From assembly GCA_019058445.1 (NCBI GenBank), contig JAHPZA010000006.1:512001-576000 (forward strand): a DNA stretch of 64,000 bases, given 5' to 3'. The position numbers and the translations under genes are program-made. Positions 39,021-50,099 of this stretch are shown one piece after another (the first letter of the stretch is position 1; each line of letters begins with the position of its first letter). This DNA is from Promethearchaeota archaeon (GTDB lineage Archaea; Asgardarchaeota; Lokiarchaeia; Sigyniarchaeales; SOKP01). The notes under the pieces were generated by a model. That model did not search any database, was not told the origin of the DNA, and saw only the letters and a program-made list of their open reading frames with translations.

Positions 39021-40196
39021 ATGAAATTTAATGAAGCTACTTGTGAGGAATGTGGAGTATGTCTTGTTCAATGTCCTTTTTTAGAATTGTCAATTGACCA
39101 AGCCAAGGAAGAAATTTCACAGCTAATCAAATCAAGATCTTATAGAAAAATCATTAAAAATTGTGCAGGGTGTGCCTACTGCAATGTAATTTGCCCTACA
39201 CAATCAAATCCCTCAGAACTTATAAGAGAAATAAGATTAAAAGGCTTTCATGAAAGAGGGATCTCTAAATTAGCCCTTATTAATGAGGAAATACCAGATA
39301 ATCTTATGTATCTTTGTTTTGAGGCTCAAAATGAAGAAAAAAGGCGGGAAATAGAAAATTATAAAATACCATCAAAAAGTAATGAGATGTTTTACTTAGG
39401 TTGTGGTGTTCCGTATTTGTACCCAGACTTGGCTCAAACAAAATTGTTGGAAGATTTACCGAAATTAGGAGGATTAGAAAACTGCTGTAATGGATACGTT
39501 TACAATTTTTTTGGTGAGGAAGAGGCAAAAGTAAAAGGAACTGAATTTTTTGAGAGATTTAAAGCCCTCGATGTAAAAAAACTTATAACATTTTGTCCAG
39601 ACTGTGAAAAAATGATTAAAGGGGTTTATCCTGCAATTATCAATGGATTTAACATCGAAGGACAAAACATTGTTGAATATTTTATTGAAAAGTATCATAG
39701 AGGAGAATTAAATTTCAAAAATAAAATCAATCAGAGAGTAACATTTCAAGACCCTTGTCCCTGGAGAAGTTTAGACAAGAAGGTATATAATGGGCCTAGG
39801 GAATTTCTCGAAATCATCGGAGCAGAGGTCGTGGAAATGAAACACACAAAGGAAAAATCGTTATGTTGTGGAGCACCTATAGCTACGGTAAATAGAGATC
39901 TAGGGAAGAAAATATCAAAAATGAATATAGCCGAGGCAAAAAGCATTGACGCAGACGCAATTTCTTTTCTTTGCTCCGGTTGTCTTTTTAGACTCTCTCC
40001 ATTTGCTAAAAGAGCCGATATTGAACCATATTATATCACAGAATTAGCTCAAATGGCTATAGGAGAGAAACCTATTCACAAAATCATTGATGCTACAAAG
40101 AAAATTGAAAATTATATTCTTAAAAGAGTTATGGACAATCCTCGTATATTAAGAGAGAAATATACTATTAAAAATGGCAAATTCAATCAAGTGTAA
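39021..40196 (+). CDS. Fe-S oxidoreductase with CCG domains (HdrD/GlpC-like)
   Basis: CEECGVCLVQCP, CAGCAYCNVICP, CCNG, CPDC, QDPC, CCGA, CSGC. Confidence 0.9.
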   Translation: MKFNEATCEECGVCLVQCPFLELSIDQAKEEISQLIKSRSYRKIIKNCAGCAYCNVICPTQSNPSELIREIRLKGFHERGISKLALINEEIPDNLMYLCFEAQNEEKRREIENYKIPSKSNEMFYLGCGVPYLYPDLAQTKLLEDLPKLGGLENCCNGYVYNFFGEEEAKVKGTEFFERFKALDVKKLITFCPDCEKMIKGVYPAIINGFNIEGQNIVEYFIEKYHRGELNFKNKINQRVTFQDPCPWRSLDKKVYNGPREFLEIIGAEVVEMKHTKEKSLCCGAPIATVNRDLGKKISKMNIAEAKSIDADAISFLCSGCLFRLSPFAKRADIEPYYITELAQMAIGEKPIHKIIDATKKIENYILKRVMDNPRILREKYTIKNGKFNQV

Positions 40197-40282
40197 ATTA
40201 AATATTTTCTTCTAATTTAGTTTTAATTATTTGAATTATTTTCTTCATTACAAAATTAAATTTTCTTTAAATAACAATATGA

Positions 40283-41581
40283 GTGAAGAAAATGGCAAAA
40301 TTTGAAACACAAGCAATAAATGATGAAATTTTAGAGAAGCTAAACCTCGAGAATCGATATAACTTCTTAAATACCTGTGTAAGACCCATGGTCTCTTCTG
40401 ATGAGATGAGTTTTCTTAAGCAAGTTGAAAAATTCTGTTTAAATTATGAAAATTCAAAAAATATCACTCATGGACCTGATGAGGATATTTATGAGTGGAT
40501 TTCCGATTTTGGCAAAGAAGGCTATATCTCTCGAGCACATAAATTTGAAGTGCTAGATTTGAACTATGATCCCTACGAATTAACAGCCGAGTTAATGAGA
40601 GCATTAGGGCTTTGCTTTTTTGATCCTCAAGTATTAATGATGTTTGGGGCAACAATATTAGCTATTAATCCACTTGAGGCACATCATGAAAATATACCCG
40701 TGCGGATAGGTGCTTTAAGAGATGTTGTAACCGGGAATTCTCCTGGATGTATCTTAATCACGGAACCTGAACGTGGTTCTGATGCGACTCATCAACTGAC
40801 TACCTGTGAAGAGCAATCAGATGGAAATTTTTTATTAAACGGAGATAAAATCTTTAACACTAATGCGCCTAAGTCAAAATGGGCTGTGGCATATGCAACC
40901 GCAGAAAAGAATGTTGGGAGCAAAATGGCCCAATTCTTAATTGATACTTCTTGGGATGGATGGAATTGTAAGCGGGTCTATATTCCCTGGGCACCTAAGT
41001 TATATATCGGGAGTGAAAAACTAGAAAACTTGCGAGTACCTAAAGAATATGTGTTAGGGGGCATTGGTAAAGGTAGAGATCATCTTTTTGAAGGATTAGT
41101 GGTTGAGAGAATTATGATAGCTACGCAAAACATCTGCGAAGCTTGGAATAGCATAGTTCATGCTGGGATCTACTCGAACATGAGAAAACAATTTGACCAA
41201 CCAATTATGCGATTTCAGGGTGTAGGAATGCTTCTTGCCGAATTATTTGCGAGAACACAAACGATAACTTATGGATTATTGAAATTTTGCGTTGATTATG
41301 ATAAACTAGCAGAAAAATACGGAGGGGAACATTCTATTCCTCCAAATATCAGTAGGACATTAGTAGCTATTGCAAGTCAATTTAAGTATGCTTGCGCAGA
41401 TTTAAGTAAAAATGTTTGTTATGAAGCTGGCAATCTTATGGGGGGCGCAGGTCTTTGTGATAACACATTGATGCATGATCTTATTAATATTTCAAGGATA
41501 CAAGAGATCGTAGGCGGATCTCGTCAGATTCAACTCTACATCATTGCGAATGCATTAAGCTCAGTTTTTAAAACATTATAG
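40283..41581 (+). CDS. Acyl-CoA dehydrogenase family protein
   Basis: ITEPERGSDA, LNGDKIFNTN, RKQFDQPIMRFQG, MGGAG, IVGGSRQIQ. Confidence 0.92.
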   Translation: MKKMAKFETQAINDEILEKLNLENRYNFLNTCVRPMVSSDEMSFLKQVEKFCLNYENSKNITHGPDEDIYEWISDFGKEGYISRAHKFEVLDLNYDPYELTAELMRALGLCFFDPQVLMMFGATILAINPLEAHHENIPVRIGALRDVVTGNSPGCILITEPERGSDATHQLTTCEEQSDGNFLLNGDKIFNTNAPKSKWAVAYATAEKNVGSKMAQFLIDTSWDGWNCKRVYIPWAPKLYIGSEKLENLRVPKEYVLGGIGKGRDHLFEGLVVERIMIATQNICEAWNSIVHAGIYSNMRKQFDQPIMRFQGVGMLLAELFARTQTITYGLLKFCVDYDKLAEKYGGEHSIPPNISRTLVAIASQFKYACADLSKNVCYEAGNLMGGAGLCDNTLMHDLINISRIQEIVGGSRQIQLYIIANALSSVFKTL

Positions 41582-41785
41582 CTCAAAGTATTTTTTTTCT
41601 ATTTTTTTATTATAAATAAAATTATACAATTTTTACACACAAAAATTTAACCTAAAACGTAAATTTAGATTAAAAGCAAATTTTAAGGTTGTTCTATCTT
41701 AGTAGAATTTTGAAATTGACATAAAAATAAATATAAATTCTTTTATATTAATTTCAGAATTATTTTTTGGGGTATAAGTATAGGT

Positions 41786-43816
41786 ATGAGAAAAATAAGA
41801 GTTTTAATATTGTTAAATCTACTTATCATTCCAAGTATGTTCTTACTATTTAATGTGATAAATACCACAAACCTCAGTACTATTGATAAAAGCGAAGACT
41901 TAAATCAAGGTTATAATGATTTAAATGATATACTCTTGACTAGCGATGATAAATATGAAGATAATGATGTATTTAGTCAGGCAAAAGTCATTTCTAAGGG
42001 ATGGTACTCTTTAATGAGTGAGGATGATGATTGGTTTAAAATATGGCTTGAAGAAGGAGAGGAATTTGGGGTGCAAATACAATTTACTCATGCATTTGGC
42101 GATATCGACTTGGAAATATTTAATTCTACAGGATTTTCAATTGCATGGTCCATGACTTCAAATGATTATGAAAGAATAGACTGGATTACTGGATATACGG
42201 GTGATTATTATATTCGGGTTATTAATTATGCTGTGCCCAATAATTATGATCTTGATATTTATAACACTGGTGATAAATATGAGATGAATAATGATTTTTG
42301 GAGTGCTCCCGAGATTTATAAAGGACATTATCGTCATTTAAACAAAAGAACGGATGACTGGTATAAGTTCTATTGTGATTGGGGGGAATCTTTGACTGTC
42401 GATATCTATTTCAATCAAACCTATGGGGATCTGGATTTAGAGATTTATGAGGAGTCAAATCCATTCTCTGCTTATTTAAGAAGTGATTCTCTCACTAACG
42501 ATGAATCGCTTACATTCAGTGCTAACTACTTTGGTTTTTACTATATTAGAGTGTACGGAAAAACATCTTCAGTTGAAAATGACTATGAGATGAGAATAAG
42601 CGGTCCGGAATTTACTATTTTTTATGAAGATTTTGAGGGCCCCATATCTTCGTTATGGTCTGGAATTGGAGGGAATAATTATATGCATGTATCATCTCGA
42701 GATTATTCGCCTTCCAGTCCTACTCATAGTTTATGGTGTGGAAATGAAAGTTCTGGCACTTATGATAAAAAAGAAGGTAGTTTTAGTACCCCGTATAAAG
42801 AGTCTGCGATAATTAATGATCTCGATTTAACCGATTTTTGTTATGCTGAGCTAATTTTTGATGCCAATATTTCAATTGGATTTGGAGAACAACTAAATCT
42901 TTCCGTGAATGTTTTAGGGGATCAATTTTATCTTAATCCAAAATACACAAATAATATCTTTGAGATGGGAGGAACGTCGCATGATACTAACAATTGGGAA
43001 ACTATCGTGATAGATTTATCCTTTTTCTGTGGGTTTGAGGATGTAGATCTTATCTTTTCTTTTGAAGTGAATGATTTTGATAATAATTATGAGGGAGTAA
43101 AACTTGACAATATTCAAATTAAGGGCTTTAAGGACGACACGAACTTAGGAAATTCACTTGGTATTAGTGTTGGAGATGAATTTTATTACTATATTCCATA
43201 TATTGATCATTATTTATGGAGTAATGAGATTTTCGGAAAAGATATATATTTAGATTCTGGGGCGAATATAAAATTAGAAATCTACTCTATCGTTGATAAT
43301 GGCCCATATTGGGACATTGTCGCTAGATTCTGGGAACCTTGGGATGATTTTGATGAGCTTAAAGGAACAGATGAGGTTCAATATAGAATTTATAAAAATC
43401 CTCTGAATATGAAAGGAGGCGGAGACTTCTTTATTCCTAGTGGAGAGATACTGCAATATCTAGGCCGGGCAGACAACTATGATGGAGAACAGTGGTATAG
43501 CACATATAATATTGAACACTGGTATGAACCCACATGGAATGAATATAGCATTGAATTCTGCTATGATGATTTTAGAATACATTTAAAATATGATTCGAGA
43601 GGGATATTAGAAGGCATGATGATTCATAAAAACTATGACGGCATGGAAACGGTGTTTGAAATGTGGCGAGGAGAACCTTATGAGGACAGTAACGATGATG
43701 AGGAGGATAATGAAGATAGAAGGGCAGTACCTGGCTATGATCCGCTAATTATTATTTCTCTGGTATCAATTGTTTCAATCATCATGATTAAGAAGATTAA
43801 AAAATCAAAAAGATAG
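41786..43816 (+). CDS. Secreted surface protein with two PPC-like domains and a Loki-CTERM-type sorting tail
   Basis: Signal peptide; two DD.YE.N...DDW(F/Y)K...GD.DLEI...YYIRV units; C-terminus VPGYDPLIIISLVSIVSIIMIKKIKK. Confidence 0.8.
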   Translation: MRKIRVLILLNLLIIPSMFLLFNVINTTNLSTIDKSEDLNQGYNDLNDILLTSDDKYEDNDVFSQAKVISKGWYSLMSEDDDWFKIWLEEGEEFGVQIQFTHAFGDIDLEIFNSTGFSIAWSMTSNDYERIDWITGYTGDYYIRVINYAVPNNYDLDIYNTGDKYEMNNDFWSAPEIYKGHYRHLNKRTDDWYKFYCDWGESLTVDIYFNQTYGDLDLEIYEESNPFSAYLRSDSLTNDESLTFSANYFGFYYIRVYGKTSSVENDYEMRISGPEFTIFYEDFEGPISSLWSGIGGNNYMHVSSRDYSPSSPTHSLWCGNESSGTYDKKEGSFSTPYKESAIINDLDLTDFCYAELIFDANISIGFGEQLNLSVNVLGDQFYLNPKYTNNIFEMGGTSHDTNNWETIVIDLSFFCGFEDVDLIFSFEVNDFDNNYEGVKLDNIQIKGFKDDTNLGNSLGISVGDEFYYYIPYIDHYLWSNEIFGKDIYLDSGANIKLEIYSIVDNGPYWDIVARFWEPWDDFDELKGTDEVQYRIYKNPLNMKGGGDFFIPSGEILQYLGRADNYDGEQWYSTYNIEHWYEPTWNEYSIEFCYDDFRIHLKYDSRGILEGMMIHKNYDGMETVFEMWRGEPYEDSNDDEEDNEDRRAVPGYDPLIIISLVSIVSIIMIKKIKKSKR

Positions 43817-43932
43817 TTTTTTTCATATTTTTTTTTATTTTTTGAATTATGGTCTTATAACTCACTCAGTTTCTAATTCATGAAAAATGAGAAAATTAAA
43901 AATAAAAAAATAAAGATCTGGACCTTTTAGTT

Positions 43933-44463
43933 TTAAGGGGAAAATGTTTGGTTCATACTATTCTTCGTGAGTTCAAATCCTATTTCCATATTTGGGATTT
44001 TATCAGATTCAAGGGAAATTGTATGTTTACCCTCTGTTAATTTTGCTAAAAACGATTCACCTAACTTAAACACAACGATAATTTCATCTCCCATCGCAAT
44101 TGTTCGCCCTCCCATTTTACCTCCGAGGGCATCTTCGAATGAAAAAGTATCTCCTTTGTGATAAATGCGAAGACTTTCCTTGATGAGATTAATATTTGAA
44201 GCACCCTTAGAGATGTCAATTTGTTCGCCATCCAGTAAAAGTTTACCATGTTCCGATGGGTCAATCTCATCAACATCTATTTCACCTAGATCTTCTTTTG
44301 CGGGAACCCCAAATGGCATTATCACATTGAGCGCTACAAGTTTTACGCTGTCGACTTTCCCATCTCCGCTAGTATCTACTGTGTATACACTTTTTTTCGG
44401 AGGGAATACCTTTTTAATCATTGCTGTCGGAACTTTCAGATTCTTTAGATCTTCCAAATTCAT
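43933..44463 (-). CDS. Hypothetical protein
   Basis: 176-aa ORF with normal composition; no family recognised. Confidence 0.65.
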   Translation of the reverse strand: MNLEDLKNLKVPTAMIKKVFPPKKSVYTVDTSGDGKVDSVKLVALNVIMPFGVPAKEDLGEIDVDEIDPSEHGKLLLDGEQIDISKGASNINLIKESLRIYHKGDTFSFEDALGGKMGGRTIAMGDEIIVVFKLGESFLAKLTEGKHTISLESDKIPNMEIGFELTKNSMNQTFSP

Positions 44464-44535
44464 AATATATCCACTTTTATACTTTTTTTCCGCTTTTAAA
44501 GTTTAATAATTAATTGTGATTAGTTCATTAAAAAA

Positions 44536-45558
44536 TTATTTATCTACTTCAGATAAATTTATTGGACGATTTTCTTTTAATGATTTTTTTGCCGCTAGTG
44601 CTACTAATACATCTTGTAGTCCGTCCTCCCCGTTAGGAGAAGGATTTTGATTATTTTGTAAACAATTAAAGAAGTATTGCAATTCTGCCGCATAAGACTC
44701 CATATATCTTTCTAAGAAAAAGAATGGAATTTTATCTATGCTTGTATTTTGAGTAGTATATATGCGAACGGTATTAGGAGTATCATTTTCTGCCAGTACG
44801 CACCCCTCAGAACCAAACACCTCAACCCGTTGGTCATAGCCATATACAGCTTGACGTGAATTGTCAATGATACCTATAGCTCCATTTCTAAATTTCAAAA
44901 TTGCAGCAGCTGTATCTATATCCCCTGCTTTACCGATTTCTGGATCTATAAGAACTCCTCCAGTTGCATAGATCTCTTCGACTTCACTTCCTGCTTGGTA
45001 TCTAGCCATATCCCAATCGTGAATGGTCATATCAATAAAAATGCCTCCTGAAACCTTGACATATTCTATCGGTGGAGGGGAAGGGTCCCTTGATGTTATT
45101 TTTATTATTTGAGGTGTGCCAATTCGCCCAGAAACAATGGCATCGTGAATTCGTTTGAAATTATGATCAAATCGCCTATTAAATCCCACCATTAATCTCA
45201 CATCTTCTTCTTTTACAATGGATAAGGTTTCTTTTATCCGTTTTAAATCGGTATCAATAGGTTTTTCACAAAATATCTGTTTTTTTGCTTTAGCAGCTTT
45301 TTGAATAAAATCAGCATGTGTATCAGTCGATGATGCAATTACAACCGCATCTATTTCAGGATCAGTAAAGATTTCGCTTGCATTAGCGGTGAGATATGGA
45401 ATACCTATCTCAGAACCCCATTGCTTTAGTTGATTATCCAGCTTGATATCAGCTACAATTTTTAATTTCACCTCTGGTATATTACGTAAGAGATTTTCAA
45501 TATGAATTTTTCCTATTCTTCCAGCACCAATTACTCCAACAATGAATTTATTACTCAT
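44536..45558 (-). CDS. iolG: myo-Inositol 2-dehydrogenase
   Basis: GAGRIG, CEKP, GFNRRFD, TSRDPSPPP.EY.K.SGGIF.DMTIHD.D, YGYDQRVEVFG. Confidence 0.92.
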   Translation of the reverse strand: MSNKFIVGVIGAGRIGKIHIENLLRNIPEVKLKIVADIKLDNQLKQWGSEIGIPYLTANASEIFTDPEIDAVVIASSTDTHADFIQKAAKAKKQIFCEKPIDTDLKRIKETLSIVKEEDVRLMVGFNRRFDHNFKRIHDAIVSGRIGTPQIIKITSRDPSPPPIEYVKVSGGIFIDMTIHDWDMARYQAGSEVEEIYATGGVLIDPEIGKAGDIDTAAAILKFRNGAIGIIDNSRQAVYGYDQRVEVFGSEGCVLAENDTPNTVRIYTTQNTSIDKIPFFFLERYMESYAAELQYFFNCLQNNQNPSPNGEDGLQDVLVALAAKKSLKENRPINLSEVDK

Positions 45559-45761
45559 AATTTTTCCTTATTTTTTTTAATTTCAACCATAACATTAGTT
45601 ATTATATATTTTATAAGTAATTTTTTTATTTTTATGTCAGCAGTATTTTAATATTTGATTCTTTAAGTGAATCTTTTAATAAATTAATTGAAGATTTATA
45701 TTTACATAAAAATAATTTGAATTAACTACAAAAAAATTTAATAATAAAAAGTGTTGATTTT

Positions 45762-47168
45762 ATGAGTGAAAGTGAAAGTGGTCCTCAAACAATTTCTGAT
45801 AAAATGAGAGTTTCCTTCGCCTTCGGGGAAGTAGGAGACAATGTTGCCTTAAATATCTTTCAGTTTTTAGTATTTACGTTCTATTTTTGTGTGGTAAAAC
45901 TTCCAGTATTATGGATTAGCTTAGCTTTTATCCTTTGGAGCGTATGGAATGCAATTAACGATCCTGTAGTAGGATATCTTTCCGATAAAACACAGAGTAA
46001 GAGAGGTCGTAGAGTTCCATGGATGATGGCTGCTATTATTCCATTAGGTATTGTTGTGATACTGTTATTTACACCTCCAATTGTTTTAAACTCCGATTTG
46101 GTAAATTTCATATACTTATTAGTTATTCTTATGGTCTTCGACACAGTCTATACCGCAGTTAATCTAAATTATAACGCACTTTTTTCAGAAATGTTCATTA
46201 ATATGGAAGATAGAAGTAGAACAGGAAAAATCCGTATAAGTTGTGTCATGCTGGCAACTATCTTTGCTTTTGTTTTCCCCACCCTGATTATTGATGATCT
46301 CACAAATAGAAAAGGTAATACAGCTGTTACACTATCCCAGTACCAAATTACTGGAGTTTTAGCGGCAATAGTTATTTTTGTGACGTATTTTTTCTTATTG
46401 AAATGGGGAGTTCGTGAACCTAAGGAGTTTTCAAAAGATGCCGAAACTGCGCTATCTTTTACAAGTACCATAAAAGCCTCTTTCAAAAATAAGTCTTTTT
46501 TATGGTTTTTATTACCAACACTGGGTACGTGGATGGTTATCGGCATAACCCCGGCGTTGGCACCCCTCTTTATGACGTATGCTGTTGGAATAGAGGATTC
46601 AGAGTTAATTGGGTTAGTTCTCCTTATTTTATTTCTCTCTGCTGCTGCTTCAACTCCATTATGGGAAAAAATTAGGGTAAAAAAAGGTGCTCGAATGTCT
46701 GGAATGGTCGGTGTAGTGGTTTGGGCTATTGGAGGTTTATTATTAGCATTTTCAACTAGCTTTGAAATGGCAGCAATAGTCGCAATTATAGATGGGATTG
46801 GATTAGGAGGAGGGCTCTATTTTTATGATCAATGTATAGCAGAGATCATTGACGAAGATGAAATTAACCTCGGTACTCGAAGATCTGGTATATACTATGC
46901 AGTTTTGAATTTCCTTATTAAATTTTCAGCGATAGCTAATTTTATAATCATTGGTATAGTATTTTCGAGCGCCGATTGGCAAACATATACACCAAATCCT
47001 GGAGTGGATACCATATTTGCACTTAGATTTCTGATGGGTATTTTTCCTCTCATTCTTCTTGTAATATCCTTTATAGGATTATATTTCTATCCTATACATG
47101 GAGAACGCTTAATGGAAAATAGAAGGAAACTTACGGAATTACATGAGCAAAAGGGAATTAGTTCATAA
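45762..47168 (+). CDS. MFS_2/GPH-family sugar transporter
   Basis: WNAINDP.VGYLSD.T.S..GRR.PW and RRSGIYYA; about 12 TM. Confidence 0.9.
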   Translation: MSESESGPQTISDKMRVSFAFGEVGDNVALNIFQFLVFTFYFCVVKLPVLWISLAFILWSVWNAINDPVVGYLSDKTQSKRGRRVPWMMAAIIPLGIVVILLFTPPIVLNSDLVNFIYLLVILMVFDTVYTAVNLNYNALFSEMFINMEDRSRTGKIRISCVMLATIFAFVFPTLIIDDLTNRKGNTAVTLSQYQITGVLAAIVIFVTYFFLLKWGVREPKEFSKDAETALSFTSTIKASFKNKSFLWFLLPTLGTWMVIGITPALAPLFMTYAVGIEDSELIGLVLLILFLSAAASTPLWEKIRVKKGARMSGMVGVVVWAIGGLLLAFSTSFEMAAIVAIIDGIGLGGGLYFYDQCIAEIIDEDEINLGTRRSGIYYAVLNFLIKFSAIANFIIIGIVFSSADWQTYTPNPGVDTIFALRFLMGIFPLILLVISFIGLYFYPIHGERLMENRRKLTELHEQKGISS

Positions 47169-47277
47169 ATAAATTTATTTCTATTTTTTTTTATCTATTT
47201 TTGTTAAAGATTTATATATATCTTAGGATTATAGAAATGATAACAAGTAATAATATAATTTAAAATAAGTTGATTCT

Positions 47278-48678
47278 ATGGGTGAAATCAATACTCAAAA
47301 AGTTTCTAAGGGAATGAGAGTTGCTTTTGCAAATGGAGATATAGGAGATACTGTTGCTCAATTTACTTTCCAATTTTTAATTTTTACTTTTTATTTTACA
47401 GTTGTAAGGCTACCTGTTTTGCTGGTTACTTTAGCATTTGTGTTTTGGAGTATTTGGAATGCAATTAACGATCCTATGATAGGATATCTCTCCGATCGAA
47501 CAAAAAGCAGATGGGGACGTAGAGTTCCATGGATGATGGGAGCGACTATTCCATTAGCGATTGTAATGATAATGTTATTTACTCCACCAATCGGTTTAAA
47601 CTCAGATTTAGTGAATTTTTTTTATTTATTGATAATCCTTATTATTTACGACACCGTATTTACTTCATTTAATTTAAATTATAACGCACTTTTTTCAGAG
47701 ATGTTTGTTGAAATGGAAGATCGGAGTAAAACAGGAGAAATACGCATAACTCTTACCATGATAGCAACAATACTGGCTTTTGTCCTGCCCACAATCATTA
47801 TAGAAGACTTGACAAATAGATACAATCGTCCTGAAACGTTAACTCAATACCAAATTACTGGAATCGTTGCTGCATGTATAATTCTCATTTCATATTTCAT
47901 TATACTGAAATGGGGCGTTCGCGAACCTAAAGAATTCTCAAAAGATGCTGAGACCGCATTATCTTTTACAAACACTGTGAAAGCTTCTTTTAAAAATAAG
48001 TCATTTCTATGGTTTATGTTTCCAGCACTGGGTACATGGATGGTTATATACATCTTACCAGCATTGGCACCTTTACACATGACATATGCGATTGGAATAG
48101 ACGATTCTTTGTTAATTGGGGTTCTTCTTCTTGTTATGTTCGTTTCTGCTGCGGCTTCTACACCTATTTGGGAAAAGATTAGAGTAAAAAAAGGTGCTCG
48201 CATGAGTGGAATGATAGGTATCGTGGTTTGGGCAATCCCTGTTTTATTTTTTGCTTTTGCCACTAGCTTTGAAATGGCTCTAATTATAGTGATTTTTGAG
48301 GGCATAGGGTTGGGAGGAGGGATCTATTTTTATGATCAGTGTTTAGCAGAGATCATTGATGAAGATGAAATTACGCATGGAACGAGACGCTCCGGTATAT
48401 ATTATGCTGTAATAAATTTCCTTATAAGAATATCGACTATAATTAATTTTATAGTAATAGGGTTAGTATTTTCCAGCACCGATTGGCAAACATATGAGCC
48501 GAATCCCGGAGTTGATACTATTTTTGCCCTTCGACTTTTAATTGGTGTTTATCCTTTCATAGTTCTGATTTTTGCGTTTATAGGAATGTATTTCTACCCG
48601 ATCCATGGAGAACGATTAATGGAAAACAGAAAAAAATTAACTGAATTACATGAACAAAAAAGAAGTAGTCTAAAATAA
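47278..48678 (+). CDS. MFS_2/GPH-family sugar transporter (tandem paralog)
   Basis: Colinear with and highly similar to 45762..47168. Confidence 0.9.
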   Translation: MGEINTQKVSKGMRVAFANGDIGDTVAQFTFQFLIFTFYFTVVRLPVLLVTLAFVFWSIWNAINDPMIGYLSDRTKSRWGRRVPWMMGATIPLAIVMIMLFTPPIGLNSDLVNFFYLLIILIIYDTVFTSFNLNYNALFSEMFVEMEDRSKTGEIRITLTMIATILAFVLPTIIIEDLTNRYNRPETLTQYQITGIVAACIILISYFIILKWGVREPKEFSKDAETALSFTNTVKASFKNKSFLWFMFPALGTWMVIYILPALAPLHMTYAIGIDDSLLIGVLLLVMFVSAAASTPIWEKIRVKKGARMSGMIGIVVWAIPVLFFAFATSFEMALIIVIFEGIGLGGGIYFYDQCLAEIIDEDEITHGTRRSGIYYAVINFLIRISTIINFIVIGLVFSSTDWQTYEPNPGVDTIFALRLLIGVYPFIVLIFAFIGMYFYPIHGERLMENRKKLTELHEQKRSSLK

Positions 48679-48762
48679 AATTAGTTTTTAAACCATTTTT
48701 CTTTCTTTTTTTTATAGTTAATTGTTAAACAGACATAATACTAAATAATAGAAAAATCTCCT

Positions 48763-49974
48763 ATGAATGCTCAAGATATACAAACCTACAGATATCGTTG
48801 GATTGTTTTATTTTTGTTCTTTTTCGCAAATGTAGTTTCCAATATGCTTTGGACTACTTATAATCCTATTATTTCCCTTGCAATGGAATTCTATGGCGTA
48901 GATGAATTTTACATAATTTTAATAACACTTATGTTTTTGATCGTATATATTCCTATAACTTTTCTAGCATCATGGCTAGTAGATAGGTATGATTTCAAAA
49001 TAGGAGCAGGGATTGGAGCATTATTCATGGGTGTGTTTGGCTTTCTACGATATATAGCAGATAACAATTATATACTTGCCTTAATATTTAGTATTGGAAT
49101 AGCAATTGCCCAACCCTTCTTATTGAATACTATAACTAAATTATCGGCAAACTGGTTTCCTGATAAAGAACGTACAACTGCAACGGGGATTTCTTTAATA
49201 GCAACTGCAATAGGTGTTGCGTTAGGTATGGTTGTAACCCCAATATTAGTTGTAATGATTAATTTTAGAAGCATGCTGCTTATTTATGGAGTCTTGGCAC
49301 TGGTTTCAGGCATGCTCTTCATTCTCTTCGCTAAAAATAAACCACCTACACCACCTTCGAAAAATTTAACTAATGATAGAGTTTTTGTATTTGAGGGTTT
49401 AAAAATGCTAATTTCAAACCGAAATTTTATGATTTTAGTACTAATCTTTTTTCTAGCAATGGGGATTTTTAATATGATTACCACCTATATAGAGTTGATT
49501 GTCATCCCTCGGGGTTATGACTCGATATTTGCTGGAATTCTAGGAATGTTATTAATACTGGGCGGGATAGTAGGAACAATTATAATGGCGGTTGTATCTG
49601 ATACGTTAAATAAAAGAAAGGTAATTATGATAATCTCTTTATTTATCGCAACAATTTCACTTTTAGTTTTTTCATTTACCTCTGATGGAATCTTACTCTT
49701 ATTATCAGGGTTTTTTTTTGGATTTGGTTTAATGGGCGCGGCTCCATTAGCATTGGAATATGCCGTAGATGCGACTAAACCAGTTCCGGAAGCAAGCTCA
49801 AATGGGATATTAATGATGGTTGGGTCACTAGGCGGAATTTTTTTAATTATTAGCTTAGAAAATGTCAAGATGTCTGGTGATTATTTCCCTGCATTAATTA
49901 TTCAAACAGTTTTACTCGCAGTTTGCTTAATATTCGCTTTTTTTATAGAGGAATTTAAAATCAGAGAAGATTAG
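48763..49974 (+). CDS. MFS transporter
   Basis: 12 TM; YRYRWIVL; KLSANWFPDKERTTATG. Confidence 0.88.
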   Translation: MNAQDIQTYRYRWIVLFLFFFANVVSNMLWTTYNPIISLAMEFYGVDEFYIILITLMFLIVYIPITFLASWLVDRYDFKIGAGIGALFMGVFGFLRYIADNNYILALIFSIGIAIAQPFLLNTITKLSANWFPDKERTTATGISLIATAIGVALGMVVTPILVVMINFRSMLLIYGVLALVSGMLFILFAKNKPPTPPSKNLTNDRVFVFEGLKMLISNRNFMILVLIFFLAMGIFNMITTYIELIVIPRGYDSIFAGILGMLLILGGIVGTIIMAVVSDTLNKRKVIMIISLFIATISLLVFSFTSDGILLLLSGFFFGFGLMGAAPLALEYAVDATKPVPEASSNGILMMVGSLGGIFLIISLENVKMSGDYFPALIIQTVLLAVCLIFAFFIEEFKIRED

Positions 49975-50099
49975 AGCAATGTGTCCATAACTTTTCTTTA
50001 AAAGATTTTGAACCTCTCAAATCTATTATCGGTCATAAAAGTTTAATTTAATTATATTCCTATCTTAATTAATTAAATAAATGGAGAAAATCAAAAGAA

